From Candidatus Woesearchaeota archaeon (GTDB lineage: Archaea; Nanobdellota; Nanobdellia; Woesearchaeales; GCA-2686295), in contig CALDOJ010000034.1 of assembly GCA_937912225.1 (NCBI GenBank), positions 556-64,555 of the forward strand: a DNA stretch of 64,000 nucleotides. The letters are read 5' to 3'. Positions 19,924-29,666 of the stretch are shown piece by piece; within the stretch, counting starts at the first letter, position 1, and each line of letters opens with the position of its first letter. The notes below the pieces were generated by a model, which saw only the letters and a list, made by a program, of their open reading frames with translations, did not search any database and was not told the DNA's origin. A program made the translations under genes and the position numbers.

Positions 19924-20694
19924 ATGAGTTTACTAGGTAATTATGAAATCATAAAAGAAATCGCCGAAGGAGGTTTTAGTAGAATATTCCAAGGCAGACA
20001 TACAATTCTTAACGAGTATGCTTGTCTTAAACAAAATAAAGAAGCAACAAAAGATGATGTTGCTTTACTAGAGCTTGAAGCTAAACTTTTATGGAACCTT
20101 TCAGAACATCATTCTATTCCTTCAACAAAAGATTTTTTCAGACTTGGAAAACATAATTGTGTTATGGTGATGGATTATATTGAAGGTAAAACTATCGATC
20201 AAACTATTCCAGATGGCTCCCAAATGCATCCTGAAGAAGCTTGTTGGATTACTGAGCGATTACTCGGAGCATTATATTATGTTCATTATAATGGTGTTAT
20301 TCATTCAGATATTAAACCTCAAAATGTAATTATCGAACCAAAAAAACACGATATTAAACTAATAGATTTTGGACTTGCAACATTCAAACCAACTAGTGGT
20401 TCTAGACCTGTTGGTTACACAGCACAATATGCTGCCCCCGAAGTTTTAGATATGAAACCACCAATTCCTGAAAGTGATTTATATGGTGCAGGCATCATCA
20501 TGTTATATGCGCTAGGTGGAGATATTCCAACAAAATCTTTTCCAAAAAATACTCCAAAACCAATAGTTGAATTTTGCAATCCATTACTCAGATATGATCC
20601 TAAAGATAGACCTAATTGGGATAAAATAAATTTAATTGAAGAGCTGTCAGACGTTAGATACGAGGTTTTCGGAAGAAGACATTGTTCTGAATAA
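19924..20694 (+). CDS. Hanks-type Ser/Thr protein kinase (catalytic domain only)
   Basis: IAEGGFS, ACLK, HSDIKPQN, DFG, YAAPE, SDLYGAG. Confidence 0.92.
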   Translation: MSLLGNYEIIKEIAEGGFSRIFQGRHTILNEYACLKQNKEATKDDVALLELEAKLLWNLSEHHSIPSTKDFFRLGKHNCVMVMDYIEGKTIDQTIPDGSQMHPEEACWITERLLGALYYVHYNGVIHSDIKPQNVIIEPKKHDIKLIDFGLATFKPTSGSRPVGYTAQYAAPEVLDMKPPIPESDLYGAGIIMLYALGGDIPTKSFPKNTPKPIVEFCNPLLRYDPKDRPNWDKINLIEELSDVRYEVFGRRHCSE

Positions 20695-20714
20695 AAAACG
20701 TATGACTGAGATTT

Positions 20715-20730
20715 GAGCTAGCGATAGCTC
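20715..20730 (+). other. Intergenic hairpin with GNRA tetraloop
   Basis: GAGCTA-GCGA-TAGCTC upstream of the VWA gene. Confidence 0.55.
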
Positions 20731-20760
20731 TACAATAAAAAACTAGTAGGAGGAGATAAA

Positions 20761-21759
20761 ATGTACGGATGGGGTTCAGACACCACCAGTTGGAAAGGAC
20801 CTAAGAAATACGAGTATGATTCTGCAAGGAGTCCATACTTGGATAAATTAGGATCTTCTTCCAAAGCAAAAGGTCCGAGAAGTTATATGTCTCGAAGTTC
20901 ACCAGATATGGATTTGGTAAACCCTCGAGGCAAAAATATTACCAGCGATAGTGAAAACCCTATTATTTTAGGTGTTGATGTGACTGGTTCTATGGCTACT
21001 TGGCCGGCAGAGATTTTTGATAGGTTGCCATTGTTCTACCAAACACTTTCCCAGTATCGGAAAGATGTAGAAATTAGTTTTGCAGCCATCGGAGACGCAT
21101 ACTGCGATAGTTACCCAATACAAGTTACGGATTTCACAAAGGAACTGGACTTGGAAAAAAAGCTAAATGCTTTATGCCCTGAAGGAGGCGGCGGAGGACA
21201 AGTTAGCGAGACTTACGAATTATTTGGACATTTTCTGTTAAATCATTGTGAGACTCCAAATGCTAAAACTCCATTCTTATTTTTATTTGGAGATGAAAAG
21301 TTCTACGACACCGTGAATCCAGATCAAATAGAACATTATATTGGTGATAAAGTGCAATCTGCACCTAATTCTAATGAGGTTTGGAAAGGGCTAATGCAAA
21401 AGTTCAATGTTTACTTGTTACATAAACCATACGGTTATGGTGATAGTTCAAGTGTTGACAAAGAAGTAGTTGATCATTGGGCTAAAGCAATTGGTAGACA
21501 ACGAATAATTGAGCTTCCTAGCAAGGAAAGAGCTGTTGATATTGCAATGGGAATTGTTGCAAAGCACTGGGGTAAATTCTCTGATTTTGGAGATAACTTG
21601 AGTGCAAGACAAGATTCTAGTTCTTCAGCTCCAGTGTATGATTCATTGAGGATGATAGATGACCCTTCAACGTCAAATCATTCTGTAGTGACGAGAAAAG
21701 CTAGTGGAGACAAAACTACATCATTAAGCGAAATGTTTGATGATGCTAAAAAACCATGA
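20761..21759 (+). CDS. VWA-domain protein
   Basis: LGVDVTGSM MIDAS, FAAIGD, EGGGGG..ETYE, FLFGDE; strong AGGAGG SD. Confidence 0.85.
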   Translation: MYGWGSDTTSWKGPKKYEYDSARSPYLDKLGSSSKAKGPRSYMSRSSPDMDLVNPRGKNITSDSENPIILGVDVTGSMATWPAEIFDRLPLFYQTLSQYRKDVEISFAAIGDAYCDSYPIQVTDFTKELDLEKKLNALCPEGGGGGQVSETYELFGHFLLNHCETPNAKTPFLFLFGDEKFYDTVNPDQIEHYIGDKVQSAPNSNEVWKGLMQKFNVYLLHKPYGYGDSSSVDKEVVDHWAKAIGRQRIIELPSKERAVDIAMGIVAKHWGKFSDFGDNLSARQDSSSSAPVYDSLRMIDDPSTSNHSVVTRKASGDKTTSLSEMFDDAKKP

Positions 21760-21784
21760 AGATGTTCAAAAAAATATTTTCAGG

Positions 21785-21814
21785 GTGCCAGAAAAATAAA
21801 GTTTTTCTGAGCAT
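21785..21814. repeat. REP-like palindromic element (ATGCTCAG-stem/loop-CTGGCA)
   Basis: Reverse complement ATGCTCAGAAAAACTTTATTTTTCTGGCAC has the same flanks as 29599-29624. Confidence 0.6.
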
Positions 21815-21825
21815 AAGTGAGGTAA

Positions 21826-22188
21826 ATGAAAATGGGAGATGAAATTGCAGATAGGGTTGCAGAAGCAAATTATTCCATAGTTACAACTACTAGAGCCAAA
21901 TATTTTGGAGAAGTAGTGCCTAATGGTGGAAAAGGAATAACTATAAATTCTGCGTATGAAGTGCAAGGTGAAAAAGAACCGCAGGCAGTTGCAATGGGTT
22001 TTATTAGAGGCAAACTCTATGGCGAAAACAAGAAAATCGAATTATCGGATGCTCTTGTTGAGTCCGTAACAGATGCTTTAGATGAGACTCGAATTTTGAA
22101 GACTTATGAAGCATTGCTACCTGAAGCAGAGAAACGAGCTCTTGGAATTATGACTTTCAAAGCGCTTGAAGACTTGCTTTCGAAATAA
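21826..22188 (+). CDS. Hypothetical protein (possible Sm-like beta fold)
   Basis: GAGGT SD; IVTTTRAKYFGEVV...ITINSAYEV pattern. Fold call is weak. Confidence 0.6.
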   Translation: MKMGDEIADRVAEANYSIVTTTRAKYFGEVVPNGGKGITINSAYEVQGEKEPQAVAMGFIRGKLYGENKKIELSDALVESVTDALDETRILKTYEALLPEAEKRALGIMTFKALEDLLSK

Positions 22189-22194
22189 TTTTTT

Positions 22195-22218
22195 GAGGGG
22201 CTTTTCGCCCTTCTTTTT
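22195..22218 (+). terminator. Hairpin + U-tract (intrinsic terminator-like) inside the operon
   Basis: GAGGGGC-TTTTC-GCCCTTC-TTTTT. Confidence 0.6.
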
Positions 22219-22271
22219 ATTTTAAAATGAAACTGAACATATTTAAAAAGGAAAACAAAGGTGAACTAAAA

Positions 22272-23207
22272 ATGAAACATATAACAACAAAGATTTTAAC
22301 TAAACCTAAAGCAATAGTTACAATACCTCCATACGCTCCTTTCATCCACGAAGTATTACAGCACGAAGCTGTTTCTGGAATTAGATTAAATACTGTTATG
22401 CCAATTACTGAACCTTTAGAAGATGTTGTTGATAGATTAAATTCTGAAGCTTTAAGATATGGTAAAGAATTATGGGTTGATTTAAAATGTCGACAGTTAA
22501 GAGTTAAAACTTATGGCGTCCCCCCATTTACAGAAATCGAACTAACTCACAATATTAATGTTCGAACTCCTATTACCGCTTATTTTTCTGATGGTAAAGA
22601 ATCTGCCACTGTTTTAAGAGTTGATAAGAATCGATTAATAATGCAAGAAGGTCCTGGTAGAGTTGTTGGGCCTGGCGAATCAGTTAATATTCCTGATTAC
22701 TCTTTGCGTATTGAAGGTTTCTTTACGAATACTGATAAAGCCTATATTGAAGCTGGCAAACAAATTGGTTTTCATAATTATATGCTTTCATTTATTGAAG
22801 ATAAAAATGATAAATCTGAACTGTTAAAGCTTGACCCTAAGGCAATAATCGTTGAAAAAATTGAATCATTGAGAGGAATGGATTATGTTGTTAATGATTG
22901 GGATGGCTCAACAAATTTAATGACTGCAAGAGGAGATTTATATTTAGAATTAAAAATGCCTCATAAAATTGTTCAAGCTCAAGAAACCGTTATTAAAAAA
23001 AATCCTGCTGCGATTGTTGCATCAAGAATATTTAGTTCACTTGCTTATAATCTTGAACCTAGTTGTGAAGATATTGGCGATGTTGAAAACTTGTTAAGAA
23101 CAGGTTACAAAACTTTGATGTTTGGCGACGATATTTGTATGAAGCGAGAATCAATTATTAGTGGTTTAAATTTGTTTGAAACTATGAGTCGGAGGTATGA
23201 GAGATAA
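22272..23207 (+). CDS. Truncated pyruvate-kinase-like protein (barrel only)
   Basis: GIRLN, WVDLKCRQLR, EKIES, MTARGDLYLE; about 311 aa with no C-terminal allosteric domain; GGTGA SD before ATG at 22272. Confidence 0.75.
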   Translation: MKHITTKILTKPKAIVTIPPYAPFIHEVLQHEAVSGIRLNTVMPITEPLEDVVDRLNSEALRYGKELWVDLKCRQLRVKTYGVPPFTEIELTHNINVRTPITAYFSDGKESATVLRVDKNRLIMQEGPGRVVGPGESVNIPDYSLRIEGFFTNTDKAYIEAGKQIGFHNYMLSFIEDKNDKSELLKLDPKAIIVEKIESLRGMDYVVNDWDGSTNLMTARGDLYLELKMPHKIVQAQETVIKKNPAAIVASRIFSSLAYNLEPSCEDIGDVENLLRTGYKTLMFGDDICMKRESIISGLNLFETMSRRYER

Positions 23208-23209
23208 AA

Positions 23210-24268
23210 ATGGTTTACAAAAAAGATCAATACATCGGAACTTTACTTGGTTGTGCTATTGGAGATTCTCTTGGCATGCCTGTAGAGACTTGGAAGCCTG
23301 AACAAATTCGAAAGTATCATGGTAGAATTGAACGTCTTGTTGCACCAATCCCTCCCACTGATAAAGATGGTAAAGTTGTTTCTAAAGATGAGTATGGGAA
23401 GATTCGTCCAATTAGAGATTTTAAGAAAGGAGAATACACTGATGATACTATCCTAACTCTTGCTTTAGCCGAATCAATTATTGAAATGAAAGGTTTAGAT
23501 TTAAATCATATTGCAAAAACTCAATTAGAAGCTTTTCAAGCTAGAAGACAAAATGGCGGTTTTGGTTGGACTACTAAGACTGCTTTTGAAAAATTAGAAC
23601 AAAGTGAAAGTCCTTTAACAACTGGTTTACATGAAGGAATTGGTAATGCTCCTCCTATGAAAATGTCTCCAATTGGTTTGTACATGGATTCAACTGGTGA
23701 TGTTGATGGAGGCATTGAATATGCAAGACGAATTTCAGAAATGAGCCATCTTGATCCACGAGCAGTTGCTGCAGGTATTTTGCAAGCACGAATGATCTAT
23801 GAATTACTACAAGATAATTATACATCTCAATATAGCGATAAATTTATGGAGAAAATCATGAATCAAGTTAAAGAACATGAATTAAAATTAACTAGCAAAA
23901 ATAGTTTTATTGAAGAAGGAAGACTTCAAGATAAATTACAATGGATTAATTCTCATAAATATGCGCCCGATGCTGAAGCTTATGAAATTCTTGGTAATTC
24001 TAGTAAATCTCACGAATCTTATCCTTTCACAATTTTCATGTTTCAAAAGTATTGGAACGAACCAATAACCGGGTTGTTAGAAACTATTAATTACGGAGGA
24101 GATTGTGATACAACTGGTGCAATGTTTGGAGCTCTTGCTGGTGCAAAGCATGGAATGTTTTTCTCCAAAGATTGGATTCGTGATTTAAAAGATTCGGATA
24201 CAATTATTGAAGTGGCAGACAAATTTTACAACACAAAATTATATAAAGTTTTGAGGTTTCCAAAATGA
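23210..24268 (+). CDS. ADP-ribosylglycohydrolase (DraG/ARH family)
   Basis: LLGCAIGDSLGMPVE, YTDDT, GNAPPM, SH, GGDCDTTGAMFGALAGA. Confidence 0.93.
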   Translation: MVYKKDQYIGTLLGCAIGDSLGMPVETWKPEQIRKYHGRIERLVAPIPPTDKDGKVVSKDEYGKIRPIRDFKKGEYTDDTILTLALAESIIEMKGLDLNHIAKTQLEAFQARRQNGGFGWTTKTAFEKLEQSESPLTTGLHEGIGNAPPMKMSPIGLYMDSTGDVDGGIEYARRISEMSHLDPRAVAAGILQARMIYELLQDNYTSQYSDKFMEKIMNQVKEHELKLTSKNSFIEEGRLQDKLQWINSHKYAPDAEAYEILGNSSKSHESYPFTIFMFQKYWNEPITGLLETINYGGDCDTTGAMFGALAGAKHGMFFSKDWIRDLKDSDTIIEVADKFYNTKLYKVLRFPK

Positions 24269-25278
24269 TGCCTATGAATAATAACAGCAGAATTCTGATC
24301 ATATCAAAAACTACTGAATTAGAAGCATATGAAATGATACATGGTGCAACTGTAGAAGAATATCTTGAAAGAACTAATAAAAACATTTTAGATCTTGAAC
24401 GAAGAAGAGATAGACATAATGAAAGTTTAGAAATGATTAGAGATGCTTTTGAAAGCAGAGGCGTAAGACCCGCAGTTTTTAGAAATCAAAGTATTACTAA
24501 AAGAGATTTACAACAAGACTGGGATTTCATTATACCTGTTGGTGGTGATGGAACTTACATGGACGCTGCAAGATATATTCTTGATGATACACCTTTATTT
24601 GGAATTAAATCAAATCCTTATTCTGCAGGAGGACATTATAACACTCATTTTTCAAATGCAGAAGAACATATTGCAAGATTATTTTCTGGCGATTTTAGTT
24701 TGGAACAAAGAACGCGTATTGAAGGTCGAGTAAAAAATGGTTATAACATTGTTGATTTAGCTTTAAACGAAATCATGGTGGGCGATAAAAATACTGCTGG
24801 TTTTGCAAAAGCAGACATACATATTAATGGCGAAGTTTATAGGACTGGTTCTTCAGGTGTTGTTGTTGCAACCTATAAAGGTTCTACTGGGTGGGCATAT
24901 AAAATACCAATCATAGAAGCAGATAATGAGCGACTTAATCCTATCAAAGAAGCTTTAAGAACTGCAGGATTAGAAGACGAAGCTAATAAAATTAGAATTG
25001 TTTCTGAAGATGCAGAATTTAAAGATGGAGAAGAAAATATTATAAGATATAAAGTTCGCGAAACAGGTCATGAAGGCTCAGGCATCGGTCATGATTATGG
25101 AATTTTAAAACCAGGAGAAGAAATGACAATTGTTTCTAAAATGTTTTCAGGCGGTAGTGCTATTTTTGACGGAAATAAAGAAACCATGTCAAGACACAGA
25201 GTTTATGACTTGCCTCTAAGTTCTGAAATAAAAATAAGAATTTCTGATAAACCATTATATGTTGTGCAGTTTGATTAG
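24265..25278 (+). CDS. nadK: NAD+ kinase
   Basis: VGGDGT, ALNE, SSGVVVAT..GSTGW motifs. Confidence 0.88.
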   Translation: MMPMNNNSRILIISKTTELEAYEMIHGATVEEYLERTNKNILDLERRRDRHNESLEMIRDAFESRGVRPAVFRNQSITKRDLQQDWDFIIPVGGDGTYMDAARYILDDTPLFGIKSNPYSAGGHYNTHFSNAEEHIARLFSGDFSLEQRTRIEGRVKNGYNIVDLALNEIMVGDKNTAGFAKADIHINGEVYRTGSSGVVVATYKGSTGWAYKIPIIEADNERLNPIKEALRTAGLEDEANKIRIVSEDAEFKDGEENIIRYKVRETGHEGSGIGHDYGILKPGEEMTIVSKMFSGGSAIFDGNKETMSRHRVYDLPLSSEIKIRISDKPLYVVQFD

Positions 25279-25292
25279 AAAATAACACTAGC

Positions 25293-26678
25293 TCATTTTA
25301 GAATTGTAAAATCAATATCTGCTTTTTCACAAAAGTCGTGGTGGTTTTTATATAACCAAGTATTAACATTATTATTCTGTTGATTATTAAATAAAATATT
25401 AGAAGTAACTTCTCTTAGCATATCAACTTTTTCTTGGTCGTCTGCGTTTTCAAATTGACTTATGAATTTTGTTGTACTATGATAATTTCTTAATGATTCG
25501 TTCCAAGATAATCTTGGCTGTAATTCATGTATAATTGCATCATCAGTTGATGGATAAACCATGAACTCTGCTAGTTCAGGACTTAAATTTGCAACATATT
25601 GTCTTCTTACATCTGAATTAAGAACTCTTTCAAAATAATTTTTTGATTTGTCTAAGTTGTTTAATAAAGTTTTAAACTCCAGATGATTGCCATTATTAGA
25701 ATCTGCTCCTGCTCTAACTGCTGTTTCATATAATTCATTTAAATTCTTTATTCTTCGTTCTAGAATTGAAGGACTTGCATCATAAAATCCTAAATCGACA
25801 AGTTCGATTAAAGTTTTTTGATGTTCGTTCCCATTAAGAACTTCAAGCTCTTTAGGACTTGCATCAACAAATGGATTCATTCCGAAATAAACAACTGCGT
25901 TCTTTGCTTTTTTTGTTGAATATAAATAAAATAAAGTACTATCTTCAGTTCTTATAACACAAGAATTTGTTGAAGCTGAAAACACTTTTGTATCTGGAAC
26001 TTCATACCTTGATAATGAACCAAGCTTTTTTCGTAGTTTCATTGCTTTAGTTGCTAAATCACTAATTTTACTCGGGTTTAATAACGCATTTTTAGGATTG
26101 GATTTTAATTGTTCTAATAACTCAGTAATTTCTAAGAATTTATCAACTGTTCCTAAAGGAGTGTCTAAGACCATTGATAAATCATAAGCTCCTGTTTTAA
26201 ATTTTTCAGGAAATAAATGTGCTTCAGTTAAATCAAGATTTCCTCTTTTACTAGTAACTGTTCCAACTAAACCTTCATGGATTCCAAAATCTCTAATTAA
26301 TGTTTCACCGCTAGTATAAACATTTTCTATTAAAGGATTTAAATATGATCGAGTACTTGAAATGTGATCTGACATTAACTGTCGTAAAGATAAAAAAATA
26401 ACTTTATTTTCTTTATCAGAATAATCAAATCCGCCTGAAATATCAATTGCTTTTGGCAAATTAGCATCAACTTTTACGTCTAAAATATCTGCTAAATGTT
26501 GTTTCTCATCTCCTTTAACAGAATAAAGAGAAGGCAGTTTTACTGTTAAAGATTTCTGTGGTAATAATGATGAGAATTCTAAAAAATCTTGCTCTAGCTG
26601 ATTAGTATGCATTCCATCGCTGCCTTCAGCTATGGTTTTTAATCGCTGTAATCGCATAAGATCTTTTAATCCTTTCAT
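25293..26678 (-). CDS. Hypothetical protein, last gene of the coiled-coil/AAA unit
   Basis: 461-aa ORF, AGGT SD, converges on nadK. Confidence 0.7.
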   Translation of the reverse strand: MKGLKDLMRLQRLKTIAEGSDGMHTNQLEQDFLEFSSLLPQKSLTVKLPSLYSVKGDEKQHLADILDVKVDANLPKAIDISGGFDYSDKENKVIFLSLRQLMSDHISSTRSYLNPLIENVYTSGETLIRDFGIHEGLVGTVTSKRGNLDLTEAHLFPEKFKTGAYDLSMVLDTPLGTVDKFLEITELLEQLKSNPKNALLNPSKISDLATKAMKLRKKLGSLSRYEVPDTKVFSASTNSCVIRTEDSTLFYLYSTKKAKNAVVYFGMNPFVDASPKELEVLNGNEHQKTLIELVDLGFYDASPSILERRIKNLNELYETAVRAGADSNNGNHLEFKTLLNNLDKSKNYFERVLNSDVRRQYVANLSPELAEFMVYPSTDDAIIHELQPRLSWNESLRNYHSTTKFISQFENADDQEKVDMLREVTSNILFNNQQNNNVNTWLYKNHHDFCEKADIDFTILK

Positions 26679-26688
26679 GTTTATCTAC

Positions 26689-28431
26689 CTATTTTGATCT
26701 TTTTCCATCTTTTTCAAGATTTTTCAAGAATCTTGTACTAGCATCATTAATTCTTGCTTCTTGAGATGCAGCAGTGATTTCAGTTCTTGTTTGAATATAA
26801 TCATCAAATTTTCCAAGAACAATCTTATAAGTTATATTTTTCAATTGTTCATTTCGATAAGCCATATGTTTATCAAAAGTTGCACCTATTAAAGTATCTG
26901 GAAGATCATAATCACTTCCTAATGATCTTAATACGTGACCAACTTCACGATTGCTTAAAGGAGAATCTAATATGTATTGTCCTATCTCAGCCCATTGTTT
27001 ATCTTTAATTGGAATTTCATCACTTCCTTTAGTAATTGTTCTTCGTGCTAATTCTGCAAAGTCAGTCGGGTCATCAAATCTTTTCATTTCAACAATTTCA
27101 TCAAATAATCTGCTTTGAGTAGCATCATCAATTCCTTCAATATAATTAGCATCCATGATTGACATGAACTTTCCGTTTTTTGGAATCATAGTTCCATCAA
27201 ACATTTTAAAGTAAATTCCTAAAGTGTTCTTCTGTTCAGCTGATAAATTAGGGTCATTTCTTGACTGAAAAATTGTATCTGCATCAGCCACATACATAAC
27301 AACTGCTCCAGGGAATGCTTTAATTTGTTCGCCTAATGCAGCCAATTTATTAGATGTTTGATTTTGATAATGAGATGCGTAATCAGTAATACTGTGTGTC
27401 ATAACCCATAAAGGTAAATTATTTTGTCTACAAAGATCTGCAAAAGACCTTAAGTAACCATGAGAAATAAAAGTTTTCCCACTTCCAGGTCCACCAAATG
27501 TGAATATTGTAGATGCTGGTTTATGAGGATTCATTTGTTTTTCTTGGTCATATGCAGATAATTTTTTCATATTCTCCCAAATAACAGATCCTAATTTTGG
27601 AGAACCGTCAAGATAAGTTCCCTCCCCACCTATTACATCTTCTTTTGTTATTGGCATAATTTTATCATCAATAACTACTTGATTGAACTTTCGACTAAAA
27701 TCGTCTTTTGTTATTGAAAAATTACCATATCGAAGTTTTAAATCACTAACTTTATTTTTAGCAGCTATATCTTCAAAAGATTCCCAACTAAACTGATTTA
27801 CCCACGAAGTAAATACTGCTTGTAATGTGTTTTTTAAATTGTCATCAGTTACTTCTTTTCCTTTATTCTGTTGTTGAGTAATAACTCTTGTCAAATCTTC
27901 TGTTGTCATAGTTGTTAATACAGAAGTTAAAGCATCTCGTTCTTTACTCGTTTCATATCTTGTTCCAAAAGCAAAAGTTTTGTCTATATCTGCTTTGTTT
28001 GTTCCTAATAATGCTAATCCAACATGACCAGCAAAGTTTAAAGCATATCTATTTGAAAAAAGTATTGCATCACTTGTTTGTTTTTCTAATTCATAAGTTG
28101 CTTTAGAAGCACTTTTAGATTGTGTTTCTCTAGCTTCAACAAATCCTTTTTGCGAATCTAATCTTCTTTCAAGTGTTATAACATCCATATCTTTTCTTAA
28201 TTCTAAAGCCGCAGCTCTAAAAACACCAACTGATTTTTCAAATACTTCTAAATAATTTATTTGATCAACAGTGTTTCTTGTACCATTTGATAAAGAGTCG
28301 ACAACTAAAGAATAAAGAGTATTTTCTTTTAGTAATCTTTGAGCAGGTTTTCTAACTCCACTAATTAATTCTTTAACATGATCTTGTTCCGAGATAATTT
28401 TTTCATTTAAATCAATTTCATTATTACTCAT
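26689..28431 (-). CDS. Classical-clade AAA ATPase with atypical Walker B
   Basis: GGPGSGKT Walker A, SHYQNQT pore loop, VMYVADAD Walker B, ANY..IDDATQSR second region of homology. Confidence 0.8.
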   Translation of the reverse strand: MSNNEIDLNEKIISEQDHVKELISGVRKPAQRLLKENTLYSLVVDSLSNGTRNTVDQINYLEVFEKSVGVFRAAALELRKDMDVITLERRLDSQKGFVEARETQSKSASKATYELEKQTSDAILFSNRYALNFAGHVGLALLGTNKADIDKTFAFGTRYETSKERDALTSVLTTMTTEDLTRVITQQQNKGKEVTDDNLKNTLQAVFTSWVNQFSWESFEDIAAKNKVSDLKLRYGNFSITKDDFSRKFNQVVIDDKIMPITKEDVIGGEGTYLDGSPKLGSVIWENMKKLSAYDQEKQMNPHKPASTIFTFGGPGSGKTFISHGYLRSFADLCRQNNLPLWVMTHSITDYASHYQNQTSNKLAALGEQIKAFPGAVVMYVADADTIFQSRNDPNLSAEQKNTLGIYFKMFDGTMIPKNGKFMSIMDANYIEGIDDATQSRLFDEIVEMKRFDDPTDFAELARRTITKGSDEIPIKDKQWAEIGQYILDSPLSNREVGHVLRSLGSDYDLPDTLIGATFDKHMAYRNEQLKNITYKIVLGKFDDYIQTRTEITAASQEARINDASTRFLKNLEKDGKRSK

Positions 28432-28433
28432 TT

Positions 28434-29567
28434 TTATACCTCTATAATTCTTATTTGTGTTCCTAACACTGAATCAGCCACTCTTGAAGAATATTTTGCA
28501 GGAGTTATAATCATTTCATCTCTCCAGTCTTCTCGATATATGACTTGTGCTAGTTCTTTTCCTTTTGTTTTATGATTAGGAGCGTAAGTGTATTGTCTTG
28601 AAAATCTTAAAAATCCTGCTTCCGGGTCTTCTTCTAATAATTCTTTTGTTATTGGTAATTGTGGAATTTCATTCGATCCTGTTTGATATTTTGTTTCAAA
28701 AGGACCTATTAAGGATTTTGATACATGAACTGGATGTAAACTTTCAAAGCCTTCATCTATTTTTTTTAAAACATACCATGCAGCTAAACTATCAGAATTA
28801 AATTTTAGTGCAGATCTTAACTGATTAGTTAATTGATATTCACCATTACTATCTTTTTCAATATGTGTTTCTCTAATATCCTGCCATAAATCTATAGTGT
28901 ATGCTTGAAACATTCCAGATGCTAATGAATAATTTACGAACGAGATATTAAATTGAGTTTCTCCAGCGAATGATTTTAATTTTGTAATTGTAGGTTTCAA
29001 ATCACTTGACTCCCAACCTAATAGAGTTGCATCTTTTAGTTGTTCAAGATAATTTATTCTCATAGCTTGTTTATGAATATCTTCAGCTACTCCGCCCACA
29101 TTTCCAATTTCAACATCATCTTGTAATAATAATCTGTCAAGATTTTGAGCTAATTTTGTAAAAGAAGGTAATTTTTTTAGTTTGTCTGGTGCAGATTTTT
29201 TTAGTTTGTTTAAAGCTATAAAATCGAATTGCCAAGGTAAACCTGACGAAGCGTTTATGTTTGCTTCTTCAAAATACCCTTTATTCTTTGAAGGATCATC
29301 TTTAGAAGTTTGCCAATCTAACCATTGATATTCTTCTCTTACAGTTTGAACCATGTTTGAAAGAGTTTTATAAGTGTTAGTAAACTTTGGTAACCTTTGC
29401 CAATCCCAATCTTTTCTTTTTGCAAAGTCTTCCATAGTTTTGAAATGATCAGCTTCTTTTTCAAAAACTAAATTTTGAGCTAATACGCCTAGAAATTTAT
29501 CTATTTGACTCAAGTAACGTGATTGTTCATCTCCTATTAATTTATGTTCTCTCACAACTCTTGTCAT
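28434..29567 (-). CDS. Conserved-looking hypothetical protein
   Basis: 377 aa, 2 bp from the AAA gene; SGLP and LHPVHVSKSLIGPF motifs. Confidence 0.7.
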   Translation of the reverse strand: MTRVVREHKLIGDEQSRYLSQIDKFLGVLAQNLVFEKEADHFKTMEDFAKRKDWDWQRLPKFTNTYKTLSNMVQTVREEYQWLDWQTSKDDPSKNKGYFEEANINASSGLPWQFDFIALNKLKKSAPDKLKKLPSFTKLAQNLDRLLLQDDVEIGNVGGVAEDIHKQAMRINYLEQLKDATLLGWESSDLKPTITKLKSFAGETQFNISFVNYSLASGMFQAYTIDLWQDIRETHIEKDSNGEYQLTNQLRSALKFNSDSLAAWYVLKKIDEGFESLHPVHVSKSLIGPFETKYQTGSNEIPQLPITKELLEEDPEAGFLRFSRQYTYAPNHKTKGKELAQVIYREDWRDEMIITPAKYSSRVADSVLGTQIRIIEV

Positions 29568-29598
29568 TTTTGCACCTCTTTAAAAATAAATTTAAAAA

Positions 29599-29649
29599 AT
29601 GCTCAGCAGATAATCTGCTGGCATGCTCAAAACTAAAAATTTCTGAGCA
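29599..29649. repeat. Tandem REP-like palindromic elements
   Basis: ATGCTCAG-CAGATAATCTG-CTGGCAT followed by ATGCTCA-AAACTAAAAATTTC-TGAGCA. Confidence 0.6.
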
Positions 29650-29666
29650 AAAAATAAAAAATAACT

